DNA of 64,000 bases. Source: the human T2T-CHM13v2.0 reference genome, Homo sapiens. Positions 12,082-22,290 of the stretch are shown in pieces (the first letter of the stretch is position 1; every line of letters begins with the position of its first letter). The DNA is taken from the NCBI RefSeq assembly GCF_009914755.1, contig NC_060929.1, one strand, 5' to 3'. The translations under genes and the position numbers were made by a program. The notes below the pieces were generated by a model that had not been told where the DNA came from, ran no database searches, and saw only the letters and a program-made list of their open reading frames with translations.

Positions 12082-14334
12082 TACACTTCACTGTGCTTGA
12101 CACACCCACTGTGCCATGGACAGGTCACGTGGCCCAGAGCCTTTGCCTTGAAAGATTGTCTACCATGCCCTGCAGCCTGGACCCTTCATTAGAGCCACCT
12201 CTCTCTAAATTATTGGTGGCTTGCCTAGCTAAAATTCCCCTGAGTCTCTGAGTGTGCCCACTAATTTAAGACTCTCTAGGTCAAACTCTTCTCTCATTTT
12301 CCTTTGGGTGTGATTAGGTTAGTGCTTTGTGCAGTTGGGGATCTCACTTTGCTGAATTCCTTTTCCACTGGCTTCTGATGAAGAATAAATTGAGAGGGCT
12401 GATAGGGATGTTCTGCTGATTCTTATTGTTTGGGACAAGGGGGTGTGTTGGCAAGTCTCATTTTGAAACTGTCACTTCTTCCAGAATATGCAACAGGACA
12501 GATATTTACACAAATAATGTGGAAAATTGATTGTATGGGCCTGCTGGGCCATAGGGAATTTCCCTTTTGGAATCAAAATTTAGGAGATGCAATTCTGAGA
12601 ACACTGAAGCTAACTGAAACTTCCATTTGGAAGATCCTATTCTCTTGAGTCCTTCTGTGTGAGCTGCTTCAGGTTTCATGCTACTTTGCCCCACTTTGTT
12701 GCTATATTTTGTAACAGCAGAGGAAGGGGGAAAAACCCTCATCTTCTGATGTTTATTTGACTATTGAGGCTAATTGTTCATTTGCTGAAAAGAATAAAAG
12801 ACCAAGGGTCTCTAAAATACTACATTGTCTGTGTGTGTTTGTGCACATGTGCATATATGAGTATTTTTGCTTGTACATGAGTATATTCTTTGTCCGTGTG
12901 TGTTAGAAAGTGAGATGTGAGCATCAAGCTTAAAAATAAAGACAAGAACATTTTATAAAGAATATCCCCCCCCACCTCTTTTTTTGTCTTTTCTCCCACA
13001 AGGCACTGCCTTCCAGCTGTAATTACACCCTGTGTTTAACACTTGCAGAGAATCACTTACACATGTCCCTGCATACTCTTGCATCTTCATGTTTTTCTTT
13101 CAATATATAATTGTGGTAGAAAGACAAAAGGGATGATCAGATTTCAGGAGTAAGAAGGAAGACAGAAGCAAGCTGAAATCTGAGATCACAGCTCTTTATA
13201 AATGCTTGACTCAGGAAAGAGAATTGTATCTGCTGGACTTGGTGCCCAGACAAAGCCTCAAAACACAGGCAGACCTCCACAGGCCATTAGAAAAACCATT
13301 TCTCCAGAATATGTGTTGGTATAGAGAGGACGAGAAAAGGTGGTAAAAGCCTGCCTGAGATTGTAGCCACTGGAGACTGCTGATGAAAATTGTGCATAGC
13401 TGAAAGAGCAAATCGCTCTAGTTTTTCAGTGATTGTGCTGGATTTTGAAATTAAAGCCAGCGGGGCGAACGTACCTGCCTGAGCTTCAAGAGATGTGGCG
13501 GGCTGGTGGACTTGTGGGCTTGTGAGCTACAAGCATCTATGTTTCAAGCTGCGGAGCTCTGTGCCTGTCCTGCTGCGCATCCATGTGACTAGAGTCTCAG
13601 GACCGGTGATCTCTTTTTAGCCTACGGTAGTAGGCAGAACGGAAGCAGATTTTACCTGGAGAGTGTGGTGGGGGAAGCTAAGGGTGGTGGCTTAGGCAGT
13701 AAATCACAGTTCCTTCTTTTGTTTTTTTCCACATCAGGGAGGCTTTAATCCTACTCCTCAGGCTAAGCTTAGGGGTGATTTAAACTGTTTAAAGTAAAGA
13801 CCAGCTCTCAGAAAGCCTTCAAGATTTCTAATTTGATTGGAATTTACTTGATGCTAAGCGGACAGAGGTGCTGGAGTGTCTTCTTTTTAGCAAGAGTTAG
13901 GTTTTAAAGTCGGCTTGTGGGGTGAAAATTGCAGGTAGTCACAATTAGGCTTGAAAATCCTTTAACAAAGTATACGTCAAGCTGCTTAGACCCGGGAAAG
14001 GTGGGGAAAACTGTGGCTGGAGGGGAGTGCCTGTTCTCCCTCTCCTCCAGGTTCACCTGGGGCATTTGCTCTCAGAGAATGGAGTAGGACTGGCAGTATT
14101 GAAGTTATTTTTCTCCCAGTCTCATCCAGCCAGCTGGGCATTCTTGAATTTGCTTAAGTTAAATCTATGTAGGATGCAGTTTTACTGCACCAATGGTGGG
14201 CCAAAAAAAAAAAAAAAGTGCATTTGCCTTATTTGGAAGAGGAGGTGGGTGGGCAGAAAACCTGGGACTTGATATCCCCAGCCTGACCTCAGGGACCTCT
14301 GGCTTCACTGCGACACATTTTCAGGGCCTCTAGC

Positions 14335-14480
14335 TAACAATGAATAGCTAATATATAACACTGAAAATGTGCTAGACATTGGTGAAAAGCGCTTTATGTA
14401 TATCAACCTATTCAATACCTACAATAACTCTATAAGATAAAACTTTATTATCCCATTTTATAGATGAGGAAACCACATTT
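14335..14480 (-). mobile_element. MIR SINE
   Basis: 'attatcccattttatagatgaggaaac' core preceded by MIR tail motifs. Confidence 0.75.
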
Positions 14481-14679
14481 TAGAGCTCATTCACAGTTTT
14501 GTGCCTGAAGTAGCCTATGAAGACGATGAGTGTCAGGAGTGTGTGGGTAGAGGATATGGAGAGGAACTGGAAATTTCAGCCTCTTTCTTGGGGCCCAGTG
14601 GGGATGTTGTAAGTGGGAGGATCTGCACTGCTCATCCACTGGGGCTTGGTGATGCCAGATTCAGCTGCCTTGCTCTCTG

Positions 14680-15665
14680 TCTCTGGGCTTTTGCACAGGC
14701 TGCTCCCTCTGCCTAGTGTACTTGGTCCCCTACTTTCACCCCGGTAACTCTTATTCATCTTGTAATTGCCCTGTGAGTTCTTCTGGCTTGCTGACAGACA
14801 AAACCAGTTCCTCGAAACAATGGTATAGCAGTAAAGAAAGAGTTTAATTGACGTGAGGCCAACCAGGTGGGAGATAGAGTTATTACTTAAATCAGTCTCC
14901 CTGAAGGCTCTGAGGCTAGAGGTTTTCAAGGATAGTTTTCAAGGATAGTTTGCTGGGCAAGGGGCTAGGGAATGGGGAATGTTGATTGGTTGGGGATGAA
15001 ATCATAGGAGTGTGGAAAATGGTCCTTATGCACTGAGCCCCCTCTGGGTGGAGGGGGTCACAGGACCGGTTGAATCACAAGTTGCTGGTCCAGGTGGAGT
15101 CAGCCAGTAGTCAGAAATGCAGAACTCTAAAAAGACATCTCAAAAAGCCAATGGTAGGTTCTACAATAGTTATGTTATCTACAGGAGTAATGGGAAACGT
15201 TACAAATGTTGTAACCTCCAGAACAATAGCTAGTTGTCATTTAACTATGCTTACATCTTAGCAGAATGAAGGACTTTCATTAGTTTTGCAAAGGCAGTTT
15301 AGTTTTGGGAAGGGCTATTATCATTCTTGCTTTAAGATTAAACTATAAACTAAATTGCTCCTGAAGTTGGTTGGTCTATGCTCAGGAATGACCAAGGAGA
15401 GCTTGGAGGTTAGAAGCAGGATGGAGTCAACTATGTTAGATTTCTCTTACTGCCATGATTTTGCAAAGTTAGTTTCAGTCTCTCCTGGGCTCCTGTAGCT
15501 GGATTAGTGCCTGCCATGCCCCCTTTCACAACTCTCACTCTGTCTCATTTACTAGACTAGATCCTTTTAGCCAAGGATGAAGACTTTCCACTGCTGTCTG
15601 CTCAGCACTCAGCACAATGCCTGGCTCACTGTAGTACTCGGTAAATGCTTGCTAAATGGATGTTG
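14680..15665 (+). mobile_element. L2 fragment split by LTR8
   Basis: 'gggcttttgcacaggctgctccctctgcctag' before the LTR; 'agcacaatgcctggctcactgtagtactcggtaaatgcttgctaaatggatg' after it. Confidence 0.65.
14761..15477 (-). mobile_element. LTR8-family (ERV1) solo LTR, LTR8A/B-like
   Basis: Reverse strand begins 'tgaaactaactttgcaaaatcatg' and ends 'gggcaattaca'; internal 'aaatcagtctccctgaaggc'. Flanks atct/gtct. Confidence 0.85.
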
Positions 15666-16667
15666 AGCAAGTAAAGAGAATACAATTTCCTATCCAGTTC
15701 CTAAAATACAGACACCTCCCACTTAATATTAGTCATCCCCTCCTAAAATCAGATGTTGTGCACAAAAATGCTAACCAGAGCTGTTTCCTATTATTTGAAA
15801 TGGGAAAAATTACAAAATGGTATGCATCAACCCCAAATCCTTAGCCAATTTCTGAAAACATAGAAAAATGCCTATATGTAACTAAAAAACTTATATTAGG
15901 GTGTAAAATGCTTAAAACATTCCTTCATGATCCCAGACCACTAATGTGATTGTTGACAAACAGCTGCTTTGTGGGCAGTAATATCTTCTCTTCCTGTGTC
16001 ATGGCTTTCCTCTCTGGTTTTACTTGCTTCTACAAGTTTTTTTCCTATGCTTTCTCAAATTTTGGGGACGTTTTACAATACTAAGCAAAAATCAAGGTAA
16101 ATTATCCAAGTCTGTGGAAATATGTTTGGAGCAAGCACAGCACAGGGAGAGAATGGCTCACACTGAATATGAAATCCTACCAATTGAATGTGGAATTTAA
16201 CTTGTCTTTTCCATACATTACATTGTTTGGTTAAAAATAATGCCCTAGTTTTGGGTATGTAAATGTATTTTTTTCTAAAATTCATACATCACCTGAAAAA
16301 TGTTTTATCATAGCCAGTGCCTTCCTTTCTTCCTTCTGTTTTTCCTTTCTTCTTTCCTTTTTTCCGTCCTTTCTTTTTTCTTTCAAAGTATTTGAGTCCA
16401 TAAAATTTGGGTATGACCAAGGAAGGGATCAGAATATGCCACATGACATAAATATTATTTTGAGTGAAAGGCATTTGAGAATCAACAGATTCAGGAAGAG
16501 CCTTTCTCTGCACTCCCTCATCTGCCTAAAAGCAGAACCTTCCAAAAGAATTCTGCTATCATGAATCCTGCTTTAAGGAAGTACCAGGCAGAAGGGGTGA
16601 CTCCTGTCACCAGAGATGAGAAGTTGACACTGGATGCATAAACACACCTTATTAAAATAAGCCTTAT

Positions 16668-17588
16668 TGTACTATAAGGAATTGATTGATGTGATTGTGG
16701 AGGCTGAGAAGTCCCATGATCTGCTGTCTGCAAGCTACAGCCTGGGATAGCTGGTAGTATAGTTCTAGTCAGAGGCCACGGCATGCCAGACTCCTATTGG
16801 CTCTGATAGAAATGGCAACATGTCTGAGAGGCCAAGGAAGAGACCTAGAGACAGAGAACAAGACATAGGGTTTATTGGCATGATTTACATACAGGGATGG
16901 TCCAGTGGTGGTAGGCGGGACAGGAGAACCACTACCATTTGTAAAAAGCATGCAGTTTATATAGCATTTTCACTTAGCACCCTCCAACCAGCAACCTTCA
17001 CCTAGCAACCTCCATTTAACCCAAAACAAAGGGCCTCAATTCCTTATACAGCTTGTATTCCAAGGGATAGGCCAGGGGTTCAGATGTCCTTTATACATAA
17101 GGAGTGAGTCTTTACATTGGCCACTCCTGAATTCCTTAGCTTGAGACTCTGAACACATATTCTTCTTAGACCATAGGGTCACTCTTAGGCCATGCTTCAA
17201 TTGTGGCTGTCAGGTCCCTCTGCCATACAGCCCAAAGGCCTGAACACCAGGAGAACTGATGGCTCTAGCCTAAATTTGAAGGCCTGAGAACTAGAGGAGC
17301 TGATGGTGTAAGTCCTAGTCTGCGGGCAGGAGATGAATATTCAGTTCAAGTAGCCAGGTAGAGAGAGTAAATTCTCCTTTCCTCTGCCTTTTTGTTTGAT
17401 CCAGACCTTCACCGGATTGCATGGTGCCCACTCCTGTTGGGAAGGGCAGTCTGCTTTACTGAGTCCACTGATTCAAATGCTAATCTCATCTGGAAACACC
17501 CTCACAGACACACCCAGAAATAACATGCAACCAATTATCTGGGTACCGTTTGACCCAGTCAAGTTGACGCATAAAATTTACCACTTCA
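16668..17588 (-). mobile_element. MLT2 (HERV-L) LTR, MLT2B/C-like, inserted in MER34
   Basis: 'tataaggaattg...ggaggctgagaagtcccatgatctgctgtctgcaagct' and 'ctgattcaaatgctaatctcatctggaaacaccctcacagacacacccagaaataa...cccagtcaagttgac'. Confidence 0.88.
16779..17229 (-). mobile_element. LTR47/LTR32-like ERVL solo LTR inserted in MLT2
   Basis: Reverse strand begins 'tgtatggcagagggacctgacagc' and contains 'gaccctatggtctaagaagaat', TATA 'gctatataaactgcatgc' and 'aataaaccctatgtc'. Flanks ggcca/gccca. Confidence 0.75.
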
Positions 17589-18189
17589 CTTGCCTTCCGT
17601 TGGTTTCTTTATATATTTCTCAGTCATTTCCCACCATTTGTTGTCCCTTGAAACCCTAACCCCTTCTCCTTGTTAAAATGGTATATAAGCTCCAAGTTCT
17701 AACAGCTTCTTTGAGCCACTTTCTTTGTGAGCTCCCAAGTACATACATGAATAAACATTGTCTTTTCTTTTGCCAGTCTGTCTTTTGTTGGTTTTATTCA
17801 TAGACCCCCAAATCACTGAACCTAAGAGGATAGAAGAAAAGTTTTTCTTCCCTGATACTTTAAAAGGTCCACTTATTTCAAAACAGGACAGAGAACTGTC
17901 TTTTGTGAAGTTTTTATGAATGGTGATGCCAACATGGATCACCTGTCAGTTCTTTAAGGGCCAGAGACCTGTCTCTAACTCTGAAGCCCTGGCCCTGAAG
18001 TGGGCTTGGATCCCATTTGAGAAATCTACCTACATGGCTCTTGGCTCCTGGCCATTCCTCCATCTCTCTGGTCTATGGAGATGCCCAGAATTCTTGACTC
18101 ATCAGTGTGATTAAGACACTACATCTTTTGTAGTGTCTTATATTACAAAATATATTACAAAAGCAGAGACATTTAATATTGGTTTTTCC

Positions 18190-18340
18190 CTTCTTTCACA
18201 TGGTAACAGAACCCCTGAATTTTAGCTGAACATAGAATGAAGACTACATTTTCCAGTCTCCCTGGCAGTTGGTGTGACCACATGACTGGTTCTCACCAAT
18301 GGAATGTGAATGGAAATGATACTTGTCATATCTGGGGTAT
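18190..18340 (+). mobile_element. Old MaLR LTR fragment (MLT1J-like)
   Basis: 'aacagaacccctgaattttagctg...agactacatttttccagtctccctggcagt...ccaatggaatgtgaatggaaatga'. Confidence 0.65.
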
Positions 18341-18419
18341 TGATATTTTTGGAAGGCTGGGAGTCAACAAAGATCCCCAACATTGTCATAAAGCAGTTTT
18401 TTCCAGCTAGACCTTGTGC

Positions 18420-18545
18420 AAACTGCTAGAGCTCAAGATTGCACAGCTCACATTTAGTGAAATCAGGAACATGTTCAGCACAGTCCCTGGCATGAAGGAG
18501 GAATTCAACAAATACATGTGTTGAGTGAATGAATGGATGAATAAA
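18420..18545 (+). mobile_element. L2 3'-end fragment
   Basis: 'agcacagtccctggcatg...ttcaacaaatacatgtgttgagtgaatgaatggatgaa'. Confidence 0.7.
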
Positions 18546-20194
18546 AGACGTTAGAGATCTAGGTGATCATGCTGAATGTTGGTCTTCTTTCATTATTCAG
18601 GATGGATGACTTATGAGTCAAAGACAGTCTTAGTTCTATTTTCAGTGCCCCCAGGCTGCTGATTGCTGTCACCTGCACCTCTCCATTACCTGTATGAGAT
18701 CCCTCTAGGTGGTAGCACCCTCCTTATTTTGTGTGCCCACACATGACCCCAGTCCTCTCATAGGAGTTTTGCTAATTTGTTGGGGCCTAAAAAGGAACAG
18801 AGTTGAAACTAAAGCATGTTGTTTTATGGAATTTGCCAACCTGTCTTATATCATAGCTAGTTTCTTTCCTTTAAAAATGTATTCCATGGATTCAAGCATA
18901 GATTATCAAATAAAGGAACAGAAACTCCCTCCTTGTGTAGCAGGAAGAGGGTATAGCGCCTTGGGTATAACAACCTTTTCCCATAGAAGATAAAGTAGAA
19001 AGGGCCCATTTGAAGCCTTCCAGAGCTCAGTTACCAAGAAGTGCTGGAGTTCTCAGAGCTTAATTTCCTTGTACCTGGTGTGGTTGCTTTGAACTTTGCT
19101 CCCAATTGAATCGGGCCTTAGGGTGCACTAACCCTCCTGCATAATAGATCTAGCCACTCAGGGAGGGAGATAAGCCTGACGCTAGCTAACGGAGGCTTTC
19201 TAAGCAGCCTGCCTATATCCTTAGCACTGCATCCTTGGATTTTTATCTTTTTTATTTGGAAAAAACTATCACAAGGACATGGGGCCTAACAGCATTGATT
19301 GTCTTGATAGTTTGTTGATTAAGTCCAGGAGATGCTGGCATCCGCAAATACATCTTATTAGGTATGATCAGGCAAGTAAATTGTCACTGCCCTCCAGCAT
19401 GCTGCAATAATTAACTCTAATACCAACAACTAAAAGTTAATCACAGCAGGTGCAAAGCCAGGCTTTCTTTGTCTGCCTGCAAAACCTTTTTCCCACCATG
19501 GCTTCATAAGGTGTTAGCTCTGAGACTTGGAACAGGTGCTTTGTAAAAGAGCCTTACCTTTCTGTAAAAGCATTCCACATATTATTATTTTAATTTAATT
19601 AGCTTTTAGAAAGGTTAACCATGACATGTTAATAGCTTAAGTTTCACATTAATATTCTGAGAACACTGTTTAGCCCGGCCACTTGTGATTCAAGAAGATG
19701 TTTTTCCAGAAAATGAATTGGCTTTTAGGACAATTACAGAAAAACAGCTTTCATTTGATTAAGATGGATATCTTACTATTAAAAAATGTTGTTGAAATGA
19801 AATATATATAAGACATTGAAAAACATTAAAAATTTAGCTTGATACAATTCATGTTTGAGAGAGGGAGATGGGGCAGTATGTTTATGGAGATTATCTCAAA
19901 GGTGGCTAATGTCCTTCAGCAATAGGCAAATTAGTGGACTGTGCTTGTGATGTGCTGTGTGTTGACTACCTAATGTTTTATTTATTTGCCTGAGAGCCAC
20001 TGTTTTCATTAAGGAGTTTAGAAAGCAAAGCAAGATGATATTTACTAGCCTGGCAAACGAATAAGCTCTGTTCATGTTTCTTCTTTTGCTATCATGGCTA
20101 ATCATTGTTTTTTAAAAATAGCTATTCAATATGCTAATGGATCCTGTGGAAACAGGAATAAACCATAACTTCCTATAGAGGGAGGGAGCAAGGA

Positions 20195-20480
20195 ATAATT
20201 CAGTCGTACATGCACATATGGCTACTCTGTGCCAAGCATTGTGCTAGCTCTGGGGGCACAGAGGCAATGAAGCCAGGGGCCTGCCCTCCAGATACTCCTG
20301 ATAAGCAGGGAGCTGGCATCGATTATACAATTAACCCTCATTATACAGTGTAATAGGTGCTTTTCTTGCCCCAAAGAAGCACAGGGGACAAGTAATTAGT
20401 TCAGTCTGGTGTGATTGGAGATGGCTGCAAAAAGCAGGGAGGAGCTGGGACTTGAAGGACTAGATGATTTTGCCAGAGGT
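20195..20480 (-). mobile_element. L2 fragment
   Basis: 'ctactctgtgccaagcattgtgctagctctggggg...cctgccctc'. Confidence 0.65.
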
Positions 20481-20496
20481 AGACTGTTGCTTAAAC

Positions 20497-20640
20497 CAGT
20501 GGTTCTCAAAGCCAGTGAAAGGTGTGGTGTGTGTGTATGTGTGTGTGTGTGTTTTGTGTGTGTGTGTGTGTGCACAAGGGTGTGTGTTTTAACCAGCCTT
20601 CCAGGTGATTCTGATCCTAACTAAAGCTCAGAACATGCTG
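20497..20640. mobile_element. MER5-like hAT-Charlie MITE containing a (TG)n tract
   Basis: Terminus 'cagtggttctcaaa' and MER5 motif 'ttttaaccagccttccaggtgattctgat'. Confidence 0.7.
20522..20587. repeat. Interrupted (TG)n microsatellite
   Basis: gtgtgtgtatgtgtgtgtgtgttttgtgtgtgtgtgtgtgtg read directly. Confidence 0.95.
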
Positions 20641-20969
20641 ATTCATGGCCCGTCTGGTCAACTGTGAGACATTTGACTTGACCGGAGCTTTGAGATTGAT
20701 GGGGGTATGGAGGGATGGGATACCAGGCTGTGAAGCTGGAAATGTCAATTGAGGTCAAGTTTGAAGCAAGGGAAGGGAAGATATTAATATTTATATTAGC
20801 TCTCTGTATGTGGGCTTTTGTAATGATGGTTCTGGTGCCAGGTAACAGGAACCAGCTGGAATGAGCTTAAACAAATAGGAAATTTATGAAAAAGATACCA
20901 TGATATTTCATTGCTATCCAAGGGAGAAATCAACAACCAGGCCCTAGGAAGGTATTTTTTTTTTCTTTC

Positions 20970-21260
20970 TCTAGTTCATTATTTCCTTAGGATAGATTCC
21001 CAGATGTAAGATTACTGCTTCAGAGAGTGTGAACAATTTCATGGCTCTTGAGGCATGTGGCCAAGTAGCTTCTAAAAGTTTGTAGCAGTATACAAGGCCA
21101 CCAGCATTGAACATATACACTGGTTTTACTACATCCTTATCAACATTAATTTTATTGTTTCTAATTTGATAGGAGGAAATGATGCATCATTGTTGCTGTT
21201 TCAATTGATTGATGACTAATGAAGTCATTAAAAATGTGATTATTGACCAACTGTGTAGCC
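20970..21260 (-). mobile_element. Ancient L1M (L1ME-like) ORF2 3' fragment
   Basis: 'atttccttaggatagattcccagatgtaagattactg' and 'ccaccagca...acatccttatcaacat' resemble the reverse of old L1 3' ends. Confidence 0.6.
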
Positions 21261-21469
21261 TTCCTTTCCTGAAAAGAATTTTTTGTCCTTATTTTATGAG
21301 GAGAGGACCTACTCTACTCTCCAGGGATTCAGAATAACCATAATTCTAGCAAAATAAAGAGGAAATCATATTGGTTTGGGTGGCTCCAGAGCTGTCAGCT
21401 TAACAATGGGAGCATCATCATTACTGTCTTCATTAGCAGCTGAAGAAGCCAAGGTGCCAAGAGAACCTG

Positions 21470-21678
21470 CCCAAATCCCAGCTCTGCCACTTACAGGCCT
21501 CGTGATTTGGTGTACGTTTCTGCGCTCCTCCGAGCCCTAGTTTCGTCATCTGTAAAACAGGGTTAATTTACCCTACCTACTTATATGAGATTTTGAAGAT
21601 CAGAATGAGGTCAGATACTTGAAAATGCTTGATAAACTGTAAAGAACTATAAAAATGTAAGCTATTGCTATTATTATA
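21470..21678 (+). mobile_element. MIR SINE
   Basis: 'aaatcccagctctgccacttac...tagtttcgtcatctgtaaaacaggg'. Confidence 0.8.
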
Positions 21679-22079
21679 TTGGCTTGTGCAAACGAACAGT
21701 CTCCGCGACATTGCATCAGGTCAGGACTTTTACCGTTGATTGAAAAGTGGAAACTTCAGCCTTTTCACTTCTCACACAAATGGGATTCAATTCATAGATG
21801 CTAATTCGGGAAAGATATTTATTGTGTTTGAGATATTTTTACTCCTACCAGCAGGTGATGGGCTTCACAAACATGTGGAAGGACCTAACATTTCAGACCC
21901 CTTGGGTGCATAATTTTCTCCCCCTGTCCCTCCCTCCCTTCCTTCCTTCCAGGTGCTAAGCACTGGGAGTAAATAGCGAGCAAGAGGTGACCCAATCCTT
22001 GCTCTCATGGAGCTTATGTGCTTATTCAGAAGGACATGCTGCCCAGTGTCCCTAGGTTTGGCATGGGTCTTTAAGTTGA

Positions 22080-22290
22080 CTGAACAGTGCTTTACAGTTT
22101 ATGAGGTATGTTTATAGCAGTCAATATATTTGATTCTTCCAACTTCATCATGAGGAAGACTAACAGGCATACTATTTTGGAGTCAGAAAGGTGAGGTGTC
22201 TTGCCTAAAATCCCATGGCAGAGTCAGTTGTGGGGCCGGGACCTGTGTCCAGTTCCCTGGTGACTAATTTGGTGCCTTTTCCATGACAAT
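22080..22290 (-). mobile_element. MIR SINE (degenerate)
   Basis: 'agtgctttacagtttat...agaaaggtgaggtgtcttgcctaaaatcccatggc'. Confidence 0.6.

Larger units (their letters stand above)
16421..17857 (+). mobile_element. MER34-family ERV1 LTR (outer element of a nest)
   Basis: 5' part 'gaagggatcagaatatgccac...ttattttgagtgaaaggcatttgagaa'. 3' part from 17589 has 'ggtatataagc', 'aataaac' and 'gaacctaagaggatagaagaaaagtttttcttccctgata'. Confidence 0.8.
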
